Source: Tubiluchus corallicola
Taxonomy: Eukaryota > Animalia > Priapulida
Length of the DNA stretch: 64,000 bases
Reading direction: 5' to 3'
NCBI GenBank assembly: GCA_030141605.1
Contig: JAQGDQ010000019.1
Location: 248,001 to 312,000, forward strand
The first letter of the stretch is position 1; each line of letters begins with the position of its first letter. Positions 15,201 to 24,600 of this stretch are shown here, in pieces. A model generated the notes under the pieces. The model had not been told where the DNA came from. It did no database searches and saw only the letters and a program-made list of their open reading frames with translations. The position numbers and the translations under genes are program-made.

Positions 15201-18200
15201 AGACTGTCGTGGTCTCTCTCAATCCCTTCTATTTGGTTCTGTTGCCATCCCGCCGCAGTCAATCGTGGGTACTGCTGAAGAATAAGAGCCGTCATTTCGG
15301 ACTTTTTCATTTTGACAAGTTTGTGTGGGTGAAGCAGTGGCAGATCCTTCATGTCAGCAACTGCGTCAGATTGAAGGATTCCGTTGATACCACCCACAAG
15401 CCCCGCCATCAGATTTCCAAATGAAGTGTCAACATGGTTGACCTCTTCCTCGCTGAAGTCCTGGATCAAGTTGTGAGCGAAGATACCAAGGTTTTCCCTG
15501 AACTCCCTTGCATCACTTTTTGAGCAGATCCAGTGTCGATTTCCGACTTCCACATCACAAATAGGATCTGGATCTCCTTCATTTTCTCCTTCACGACAGT
15601 GAATGGGACAGAGTAATTGCAGAGAAGTGAGAAGATCTTGAATTTTGTGTCTTTGCACCCCGGCAATAACATTCTTTCCTTGCAAAAAACGAACTGTCAA
15701 ATGCACTTCGGTTGCAATTGAATCCAATCCAATCAACAGTACCCACCAGACTGGGCGAGGAGAAGCAGCGGGCTTTGCCTCTTGCAAGTGATTTTGGATC
15801 GTCAGCTTGTGCTCAACCAACCAACCGGTGACTTTCTTCATTGAAGCCCATCTAGTGTCCACGAAACGAGGGCAAACAGTTTTCATTTCATTCTGAAGTC
15901 TCTTCTGCCTCCTCAAGTATCCGATCAAATTGAAAAGCTCGTTGAGAAAGAGTCCATCTCCAAAGTTCTTATAGTTGCTCTGCATCTTCAAATCCAATTG
16001 ATGCAAAGCGCACCAAATTCGATAGATTTCCTGTGTAGCGGTTGCTGCAAATCGAGTGGCTACACCTGACACACGTCCAGTCATGCTGGGTTCACCGTCA
16101 CTGGTGAATGCCAGCATAGTTCCTCTCCAACCTGGCAAAATCGTATCCAAGAGTTTCTCGCAAGCATTGTAGAGGTTCTCAGCTGTTTTCTTGCAATGAA
16201 GCGGGATGGCCAGGACATGAAAATTCTGAATCTCTCCTCCGTAGTGAAAACGAATCCTGAAATCTAAGTAGTTTGCATTGTGCTTGTTTCCAGCATCTAC
16301 AGCGAGTGAAAATGCCCAGCATCCTGCCAAGAGGTTTGCCAACTTTTGCAGGTTCAAAGCCACTAGAACTCGTATGTAAGAAGCACACTTTTCCTCGTTA
16401 CAGCCAACATAATAATGCAGATTCGTTTCTTCCTTTGTAGACTGAACAAATTTCGCGGCCTGCCTGAAAGTTGCTCCGTCCCTAACGAACTTGACCACCA
16501 ACCTGAATTGAGCTGAAGACTTCACGGTAACTTCAACCTCATCGTCAGTCTCTGTGTTATCAAAGAAGGCAAGAGCTCGAGCTGCTGAGAGTCCCTCTTG
16601 TTCATCCGGATCAAACAACATTTCTGCAATGATGTTCTGGACGATGGAAGATTTTACCCTGAACCGTACAGGAGCCTCACCTTCAAAATGAACTGCCAAG
16701 GAGTTAGAACGCGGAGTTCGTTGCTCAAAAAACGTTTTCTTCTCATCGTCAGACAGTTTCTGGTAGTCCTGCCACATCAGCTTGTGCTGCTTCTCATGAT
16801 GTTGGTTGTAAAGGAAAGGTCGAAATGTTGAGAAAAACTTGATGTTGTCAGTTCGTTGACGCTTTCCTCCAACGTTTTCTTCTCGTCCATAAAATTGGCA
16901 GAATTCGCATCGAACGCTTTCAACCCGCCTGCTTTGTGTATTGACTTGCACCACCTTCAACCCGAACTTCAATTCATGCCCGTTTTGGAATTTACTAGCC
17001 ATCAAGAACACCGAGTTGATCTGCTTATGCTACAAGCATTTAGGGAGTCATGATAGTAACCGATTATCTATTCGTTACGTCACAATCAACTATTGGCGAC
17101 AGTATTTTAAAGAAAAATTCTGTGTACCGACTTTTAAAAGCATCACAATTAGCGAAAACAGTGGCTACCAGGCTGGGGTAACGCCGCTAGGATGAGAAAG
17201 GCACTGAAATGAATGTGCAAAGAAAAGAATTAGAAGTGTAGATTTCTGTTATTGTGCAGAGCGTAGGTTTGAGGCAGCAGAACTTTAGGACATTAAAATA
17301 GGTAAGCTGTCTTTAATTCAAATTTTCGATGGAACGACAACGATTCTGTCGGTGCCTATTTATTTTTTCGCAGTAACGCGCTCATTAACTTTTTATTATT
17401 TAGGTTGCTTCTAGACGAGTTAATGACAGATAAACGCATCAGTTAGACAGTCTCAGTTACTGTGTTAGTCCACCAAACAGTCACGCGCAAGTTTCTTATG
17501 GACTGCCTGTGTGTGTGTGGGAGAGAGAGAGAGATGGTGGAAACAGTTTTCTGTACTGAATTTTTTGTTCCATTCATCGGGAAATGATTCTTTTTCTTTC
17601 GTTATTTATGACAAATTTGAAATCTTATTTATGACTATTTAGGACTATTTTGCAAGAAAAGTCATAAATAAAGTGCCCTGCTTATATGCCTTTTGAAACT
17701 GTCAACTAATGAAGCACTGATGGTTGATGATGAAAGATGATTCCATGGTCGAACTACACGATGCCCAAAGAAGTGTGATCTGATGTTGGTTGATCCACTA
17801 ATTATTTTGAAGCAGTTCACAAGGTCTACAGTCTCACGCCTTTGTTCAAGAGTAGAAATTGAAGCGGGATGAGTGCAACTATCCTGAGTTCTTTTAAGAG
17901 CATTCTTGAGAGTAGCATACTGGGGTGACCATAGAAAAGACAGGTATTGCAGAATGGGTTGAACAACAGCTTTATAGAGAATAATTACTGCTGCATTTCT
18001 CGATATTACACAACGCTTAATCGTGCCAATACACGGTTTGCTAATTGGTTTAATTTAACAGAGTAACATAGAATAACACAGAGCACATAATTTAAATCAC
18101 AAAAATCAAGGTGCCAAAACGTCACAAACCAATAAAAGTTGAGTTTTTGATACAGGTTTCTAAAATTTCAAACAAGTATTCGAAATTCGAGTTTGTAACC

Positions 18201-18208
18201 TCCACCAT
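290..18208 (-). CDS. PNLDC1: PARN-like/CAF1-family poly(A)-specific ribonuclease, most similar to PNLDC1 (piRNA 3' trimmer); 14 exons visible, gene continues beyond window start
   Basis: Phase-consistent GT-AG exons: 18130-18208 (MVEVTNSNFEYLF..), 12769-12931 (AFDSEFTGL..), 12599-12674 (FNFYLYP..DVKFLCQ), 12037-12084 (ASSLEFLCKYNFDFNK), 10644-10738, 8851-8951, 7956-8035, 7457-7527, 5191-5321 (KPLIGHNCFLDL), 4385-4470 (FPFVFDTK), 3709-3841, 2720-2773 (HEAGFDAF), 1338-1486 (PYMNRINLIRA), 290-379 (NLAGDDPPSIRP). Together they give 452 codons with no stop. DEDDh residues are present (DSE, DTK, HEAGFD). The NLIRA..PSIRP segment resembles PNLDC1 more than PARN (recalled). Confidence 0.88.
1552..1737. 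mobile_element. Short pogo/Tigger-like (Tc1/mariner superfamily) MITE
   Basis: 12-bp TIR CAGTCAAACCTC...GAGGTTTGACTG, flanked by TA on both sides (1550-1551, 1738-1739). Confidence 0.7.
5890..6180 (-). pseudogene. Possible highly degraded LINE reverse-transcriptase fragment
   Basis: Minus strand reads LMYADDII around 5905-5928; the flanking sequence is too decayed to confirm. Confidence 0.35.
6237..7096 (+). mobile_element. Non-autonomous Helitron, copy 1
   Basis: 5' TC (TCTATAC), 3' CTAG, subterminal hairpin CGCAAAA-TC-TTTTGCG at 7068-7083. Inserted between A6236 and T7097 with no TSD. A second copy lies at 46543-47343. Confidence 0.85.
8324..8379. repeat. Short tandem duplication (about 27-28 bp x2)
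   Basis: TTAGAAATCCGTATGTCACATGAATCAC occurs twice in tandem. Confidence 0.8.
9004..9297. mobile_element. MITE, possibly PIF/Harbinger-like
   Basis: Perfect 22-bp inverted repeat CATTCAGACTAGCGAGTTTTCT (9009-9030) / AGAAAACTCGCTAGTCTGAATG (9271-9292); possible 3-bp TSD TAG at 9001-9003 and 9298-9300. Confidence 0.65.
11245..11580. repeat. Dispersed repeat (probable non-autonomous DNA transposon remnant) related to 41590-42100 in inverted orientation
   Basis: TGTAATATCATGCTGTTAAATTTCAACTTTGTA (about 11542-11574) matches the reverse complement of about 41596-41630; further similarity around GGTGAAGAC..TAAACT. Confidence 0.5.
13262..13530 (+). pseudogene. Degraded LINE (CR1/L2-like) RT fragment
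   Basis: QGSVLG..NDLP..KLFADGTK motifs interrupted by frameshifts and stops. Confidence 0.7.
13660..14570 (+). pseudogene. Degraded LINE (CR1/L2-like) ORF2 3' half
   Basis: SGISQGS..FLIFIN, NDLNWNVHISNI, LYKAVVHPILEYALVVWSP and FFASRVIDTCNKLP..FK motifs with disruptions. Confidence 0.8.
14703..17680 (-). mobile_element. Full-length autonomous-type hAT DNA transposon (2978 bp) in PNLDC1 intron 1
   Basis: Perfect 23-bp TIRs CAGGGCACTTTATTTATGACTTT at 14703-14725 and 17658-17680. 8-bp TSD CTTATATG at 17681-17688; the left copy reads CTTATATCATG (3 nt longer). Subterminal TATTTATGAC repeats at 14772, 14782, 17603, 17626 and 17636 (variant). Contains an intact transposase ORF. Confidence 0.92.
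14918..17002 (-). CDS. hAT-superfamily DDE transposase, about 694 aa, intronless and uninterrupted
   Basis: N-terminal BED-like zinc finger (CEFC..HHEKQH); catalytic D (FSLAVDAG), D (FTSDGEPSM), CxxH (WCALHQLDL), RW (DTRWAS) and E (NTASVEADFS). First ATG at 17002; lies between the TIRs. Confidence 0.92.
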   Translation of the reverse strand: MASKFQNGHELKFGLKVVQVNTQSRRVESVRCEFCQFYGREENVGGKRQRTDNIKFFSTFRPFLYNQHHEKQHKLMWQDYQKLSDDEKKTFFEQRTPRSNSLAVHFEGEAPVRFRVKSSIVQNIIAEMLFDPDEQEGLSAARALAFFDNTETDDEVEVTVKSSAQFRLVVKFVRDGATFRQAAKFVQSTKEETNLHYYVGCNEEKCASYIRVLVALNLQKLANLLAGCWAFSLAVDAGNKHNANYLDFRIRFHYGGEIQNFHVLAIPLHCKKTAENLYNACEKLLDTILPGWRGTMLAFTSDGEPSMTGRVSGVATRFAATATQEIYRIWCALHQLDLKMQSNYKNFGDGLFLNELFNLIGYLRRQKRLQNEMKTVCPRFVDTRWASMKKVTGWLVEHKLTIQNHLQEAKPAASPRPVWWVLLIGLDSIATEVHLTVRFLQGKNVIAGVQRHKIQDLLTSLQLLCPIHCREGENEGDPDPICDVEVGNRHWICSKSDAREFRENLGIFAHNLIQDFSEEEVNHVDTSFGNLMAGLVGGINGILQSDAVADMKDLPLLHPHKLVKMKKSEMTALILQQYPRLTAAGWQQNQIEGIERDHDSLLKMYRDQMPTKEALDTPNWESLPFSTAWKDFRMLSNLMDFAGGFASAFPNTASVEADFSLLGMCKDEYRNTITDFSLEGCLHAKQYEKLQALE
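17681..18035 (-). pseudogene. Degraded LINE ORF2 3' end, interrupted by the hAT; it continues at 14655-14702
   Basis: LYKAVVQPILQYLSFLWSPQY..RSHFFGHRVVRPWNHL..SFKRH|IRDDRL* reads through once the hAT and one TSD copy are removed. Confidence 0.8.
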
Positions 18209-19129
18209 TTTGCACAAAAACCAAGACGGGAAATCTGAAATTGATTTGTTATGTCAAAGAAAACGAAGAGCTCTCCGATTTCCGTACAGTATCAGTAAAT
18301 TCCAGAGCGGGTTTTTGCAGTTTGTGTATTTATGATTTTGTTAAAAGAAAAACCTTTTAATCAATAAAAGCAAAACAAGAGAGTAACACAGAAAGGAAGT
18401 GATATGTGAAACAAAGTTGAAAGTGTACTTCATAGTTGTGAGGTATTAATTTTAATATTAAGCGAAAATAATAGCTTTAGCTGCATTGTGTATGAATACG
18501 ATACTCAAACTTTCAAAGTTAGAAACAATAACAAAAATGTTTGACTAGTCACAAAAAGGGAAGTTTTGTGATCTGCATTAGTTGAAACCCGTATGTCGCT
18601 TTTATGAATTTTACAAATTTATTGTTAAACTTTATACACCTTTTTTGGGGTATCAAAGCATGGATAATACATATACAAATTACAATAGCTGTGGCAAAAC
18701 GTGAAAGCCGCTACAATAACGATCAATATTAGATCGAAGATCACAGAACAGTTGTAGCGCTGGCATCTAGTACTAACTGACGAAAGTTATTCAGTAACAT
18801 TACAAGCATACTGAGTTAATTGTCTCTATTAAACTGCAACATTATATGCTTAACAAACTTAGCTACATTTGACAATACTTTGATTTTTTTCACAACTGAA
18901 TAATTCACAAATTTTTACAGTACTGGGCCTGTTATAATAATATCATTTGATATATGTGTGCTTGCAAACCAAAACCATCCATAAGTCGGCATAGTTAAAA
19001 CTACGTTATGATGCTTCAAACTAGAAAGTACCAAAATTTGGCCAATGTAGTGTTTAATGTAAGTGTTTCTGTTTTCTTCACGATTGTGCGACTTGAACTT
19101 TTTTATAGTTATGGCATCCACGAGAATTA

Positions 19130-19720
19130 TTTCCATAGCTCCAAGTACTTCCTAATATCCAGACTCACTCATTTTTTGTAATTGTATGTCCCTTGAGATC
19201 TTGTTTCATCTTTGAAGCTAAAAAAGTCTGCTATCCACACTGTCTATAGATATTTTAATGCTTTTAAATGCTTGTGTGAATGAGCCTGTGCTTTACGAGT
19301 GACTAAAATTTATTCCTTGTTTGTTGACATCAAGAGCCACCATTCTGGATATCACTTTAGCAGATCTATATTGTACTTCTAAAAGTGTAACACCTTTAAT
19401 GTGATGCGGATTCTAAACCAGAGAGGCTTGTTTGACAATTGGTTAAGCTTTGGAAGTGTACGTTCTCTATATCACTAGAGAACTTTTGTTAATGAAGCTT
19501 CTGTTGACTATCTTAAAAACTGAATTAGCTTTCGTGACCCCGTTGCTGGTTTGGATCCATTTGTAACGTTGACTCCAAGGTGGACTTCCTCATATATCTC
19601 AGAAATGGGCATTGTTCATGCAGTGCTCCAACTTTAAGTTTGCATGCCCCCTGTGCATTAGCTTCCATTTATCGTTTTGAATAATTTGCCACTTCATGAG
19701 CCACTGATGTAACCGAAGAG
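19130..19720 (-). pseudogene. Degraded LINE RT fragment
   Basis: Minus strand shows LGV..KANSVFKIVNRSF-type LINE ORF2 remnants with stops. Confidence 0.5.
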
Positions 19721-20522
19721 TTTTCAAAAAGAAACACATTCAGTTGTTAGAATGCGTACTTAGCAGAAGAGATTTGCAGAGCCCGTAGTTATTTGTACCC
19801 TGATTGGAATATTGTGAACAGTATAATAGCAGAACTTTCAAGGGATTTTTCTAAAAACAGTTTAAAGCCAATACACAGGTAATTGTTGTAATTTTGTAGG
19901 ACAAATGAAGCTCAGCCATTTCTTGCTTTTACTTTTGCTCATCTTTTTGTTTCTGCTCTTTTCATTAGTGTACAGTACTTTGGCTTTCACTGAAGCTTTT
20001 GCCTTTAGCAGTGTAAGTCTTGTTTATTTAAATAATATAAATGATCATGTGTATAATTTTTTTTCAGTGATTATATTTATATACGTGTGTATGTATGTAT
20101 GCACGATTATGTCATTGATTCACGTCTGATAGTTTTGAAGATGCAAATCAATGGTAAATTTTACTGTTGTGGTCACACTTACAGCTTAGGTCATTTTCGT
20201 GATATCTAACTAACTGCACATGGTAAATTTAAAACCCCAGCATAAAAATAATGGTGAGGTTACTATGAAGCAATTAAGTCATTACAGCATGAAAATGTAA
20301 CGTAAAGAAGTGCAGCAATACATCCTTAATTTGTTCTGTAGCTAGCCTTTTAATAACGCTGTGTCTAATTTTATGAAGCATCATGTTTTTTAGCAATTTT
20401 ATTCTAGCATTTGCTAGCAGTGTCAATCCTTAGTTATGTACACTGAATGATATAATGCATTGTATGATGTTTATAATCATTATTTTTTATGGCAAATAAA
20501 GATATTATATGTCATATATGTG

Positions 20523-20543
20523 TGCGTGCGTGCGTGCGTGCGT
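20523..20543. repeat. (GCGT)n microsatellite
   Basis: Direct reading. Confidence 0.8.
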
Positions 20544-20752
20544 GTGCATATGTGCATTCGTACTCAGATTTTTTTATTATTATTGCAGGTGTTGTTGGAC
20601 AACGTGTAGAAGAACTTCACAAATAATGCAAAAATTGTAGATGGAAATCCACTTTTTACTCAGACTTGTATTGTGTAGAACAATTATAAACCACCTGCCT
20701 ATGTATTTTGACTTCAGAGGACTTACATAGCTTAGGCTGCATTGAACCAGTA

Positions 20753-21635
20753 ATGCAGTCAACTAATGCTGCACTTCTTATATTTCCTATGCTCTTGCTT
20801 TTGACAAAATCTGATGATTTTGTTATTTTAGACAGCAGAAACACAGGTGCAAGTTGGACAATGTTTCAGACAGATAAGGATGAGAGCACTTGGACATATG
20901 ATCCAGTATCAAATGCCTTTATGGTAAATTCTACCCTAACTGCAACTGCTCAAGACAATTGGCTAGTGTCACCATTTATTGCTGTTGAAGGATTATCCAG
21001 CATACATGTTCGCATAGAGTTGTTGTTTAAATGGTGTAACTATAGCGATAGCAAATACACTCTAGACAATTGTAAATTAGATATAGAATTGTTCCAGTTG
21101 CCATCATCTACACCCTTGGGCAATCTTATTAATCGTACTAATGACTTCATAAAAATAGATTCAATAAAACCCGACAAATATGATGTCAGCTCAGAAATTT
21201 TTATTGAAGACATTCCATTAACTACAGGCTTACCTGGTCTTTATGTGGCCTTCATTGATAAAGGTACAGAAATGTCAATTACAGGAATTGCTGTGACAAC
21301 AAAAGAATTTTGCCCGGAAGTCGTCACAAACCTTGTTCATTTTCCGCGTAGTTTGGCATCGCAAAATGTCACAGGAAGTTGTGTGCCAAATGCACGATCT
21401 TCGGAAACCTTTCAAAGGGAATGCAAAACTTCTGGTCACTGGGTGGTGTGGCTTTCGGGGTCCTGTGATTGCTTACCAGGTTATTTTGAATGTAATGACA
21501 CATGCATTCATCTTGATTGTCAAGGACAAACTTGCACAAATATTGATGCATGTGGAAAATTGCCTTCATTTTCTTGTCAATGCACAATGGAAAAGTGCAC
21601 CTGTCAGGATCTGGACCTTTTAAAGCAAAATGCAG
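20753..21635 (+). CDS. Exon encoding signal peptide, Eph receptor ligand-binding domain and sushi/EGF-like Cys-rich region
   Basis: Hydrophobic leader MQSTNAALLIFPMLLLL. Eph-type motifs VILDSR, QDNWLVSPFI, WCN..NCK, FIKIDSI, GLYVAFIDKG, CPEVVTNLVHFP, VTGSCVPNA and C..SGHW..GSCDCLPGY. Ends at a phase-1 donor CAG|GTATGG. Confidence 0.85.
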
Positions 21636-24600
21636 GTATGGTATTTCTATAAAGCTTGTAGTGTTGTAGATGCTCTGCTACACACAGTTGTACTTATATT
21701 TCGTTAGGCCTCAAGTATTTTCTGTACTTGTTTTTCATATAAGAGTTGCATAGCAATGTTGTTTACAATAAAATGAGTTTTACCACTATAGTAAAATACT
21801 TCATTTCACAGATTCACTTAGATTTGTGTTTTTTTTTTCAAATTGTTGTAAGTATGTGCTTAGTGCACTATGTACTGTTGTGGAATAAGTTAAACTTAAT
21901 TGCATATCCAAACCTTGCATAGTATCAAACCATGCAGGAAGCCTCTACAAATATTTCTTTTTTCAATGCGTAATAGCTATATACCAGTCGCGGCTCGTGC
22001 ACTGTTTACTAGCGTCTGCTGCTAGGTAGAACAGTACTATCTCTGTCACAGTAACAATTGCCACATGTTTACTGTGCAGCATCATATTTTTGGATGTGAT
22101 AAAGTGTAAACTTAGCATGTGAGCTTAAAACATAAATTATTTAATAGTGAATGACATGCATCCCCAAGAAATAAGTTCTGTGACTGTAAGAGCAGCCCCA
22201 CTAATTTTAGCTACGTGCCACCACTGTTATGTACAGTGCAAGTCATTTTGGTCCAGTGCACCAGGATCTCAAAAATATCTCTGAGTGACCTTTGCATGTG
22301 AAATAAATTCACATAATGCATTTTCTTTTAGCTAAATTTTCAGTGGATGGCTTTTCACATTTTTTATCTGCAAAATTGGAATTTATAATGTTAGCTTCTG
22401 TTTGTGGTAAGACTGTTTGTAACATTATAAAATTTCAAAGATAGATTTTCCACTCTATATTACTTTAATTGTAGATTTGGTAATATATTGTACAAGAACC
22501 TGTTTAAATTTAAATTGTGTGAGAGTCACTGGAATTATTTATAACTATAATTCTGTTTTCCCAAATTGACCACTATGGAGAAAGTGTCTCATCTCAATTT
22601 CATTTTACTCAACTTTAATTTAAGATTAAGTTGTAATGCTACTGTATGATGTGCAGAAAGTTAAAGCCTGTCTCCTCTTTTCATTGCAGATTTTACAATG
22701 TTGAACTATCCAGCAACAGAGTTTGCTTTCAAAACAAATGATGTGTACTATTATGGTTACATCGAAATTCCACTAGACTTGCAGCCATTACAGCCAGATC
22801 TTGATGATATTGTTGCTGTAACCTGCAGTGCTGTGGAAACTTATGAACGGGAATCGACACAAATTCATTTTGAAACTGTGAATGTACCACCTGGCACAGA
22901 ATCCGTCATGGTTAAAGGTTGGATAACTCAGTATAATGCAAACAGCACACCTCGAGTGGCATGTTTTGTAAAATATGCTATTGCTAATCAAGATGATTAT
23001 ATGGGACCAAGGGTCTTTGTCATTGATTCAGAAATCAGATATAGGTACTTTTTTGCATATTTGCTAATATCCTTTAGGTTTTCAGTTCGTTAGGTTCTTT
23101 ACACTTTTTTTGGCTTGACATTATTAATTGAAGAATTATGATTTCTTATGTAGACAATTTAATGCTTATTGTGGTTGTGTTTATTGGCACAAATTTGTAA
23201 TTAAACACAAAATATGTATATAATAAGTGTTTGAAACAAAAACTTAAAGGAAAAACTGCACCCAATCTTAAACTATACCTCAAAACATTATAGCCTATAA
23301 AATAGTGAAAGGGAATGTACTATTGTTTCAATTACAACTTACGTAAAAGAATTATTGCCACAGAATGGTAATTGCACGTTCGCATGACTTGTTCTTCGCT
23401 GTTACTTGCATTTCACTGTTTGTTAGTTAGATGGACACTTGTGCTTGCATCTTGGAAAGGCTTTGCACAAAAAACACGTGCTGTACCCTCTGTTCAGTGG
23501 TGATGTAGTGCACACATCAAGAGCTCCTGCGAGCTCAAGCAGTAAAGTTGAAATTTAAATTTTTAAACTTAAAATTTGCTAAGTTTTTTGTATATCATGC
23601 TGAATGTTGTGCAGTAGTTTTGCTTTCGCAGACATGTGTAGCACCTTGTTGAAAATTATATTCAATTGTGTTGTCAACAGTGTGGGGCTTGCCTGCTTTT
23701 AATTGCGTGAGTGTGTGCATCTTAGTCTTTTCTTATAGTACCCACATCCTAAGCGTTCTTCATATAAAGTGCGTTAAAACAACAGCGATCTAACTACAGT
23801 TGAGATCTGATTACTGCTTGGCACGTCTGCCTTCATTTATCTATGGTAGTTTGACTGACGGGATTTACTAGGATGTGTAAATGCTTTAGAAATCATATTG
23901 TTTACAGCTTGAAGGTGGCAGATCTTTTTTTCTTATTAGTTTTCTCTAGCTTTTATGCTAGTGTTAAAAACTTGGAACAGATTGCTTCTTAGGTAGCATG
24001 ATGTATAGAAAGTAATGCCACACCATGAAATTGTTGCCACCTGTTACTAACATTTGGGTAGTACTTTCATAATTCTTATGATGCAGAAATCTCTTCATGG
24101 CATGAATAGATCGCAGTAAACGTTTTTCATTTTACACTATCATCTCAATGATTGCTCAGCTAGATAAAGCAACTAAACTGAACTTGGAAATTTTGACTAA
24201 ATTGTTTATAATAAGAAACCTTGTCACGCAGTCTATTTTCATTTATCAACTGCTGATTTTTTTAGGATGTTCACTCTTGTCGCAGCAAAAGCTCCGGTCA
24301 TTCAGTTGTGCGGTGATTTGATAACTGTTCCACAGTACAGTGATATGGATACATACATTGTGCAAGTCAAGCTTTCTGAAGCAGTTGAGAACAGCAGTGT
24401 TACAGTGACTTGTGCTATAGTTGATGAGCAAGGTATGTAGCTGCAGACTTGCAGCATTCAAAAAATAATGTATTATACATAGATACATTATGCTGTATAC
24501 ATTGTACACTAAATTATAATGTCGAAGGGGTACACTAATAATAGTCGTGACCTACTTGTGTTTCCTTATTAAGTGTGCGCTAGCGTTTGCATTTGTCTTA

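Noticed and set aside
14884-17195. Many short overlapping or antisense ORFs
   Set aside because: Shadows of the GC-richer transposase ORF
20708-21652. A complete Eph receptor tyrosine kinase gene
   Set aside because: No FN3, kinase or SAM exons were found downstream; the in-phase exons lead to a tectonic domain instead
23244-23320. Kolobok-like terminus (TTAAAGGAAAAACTGCACCC)
   Set aside because: No matching opposite end was found
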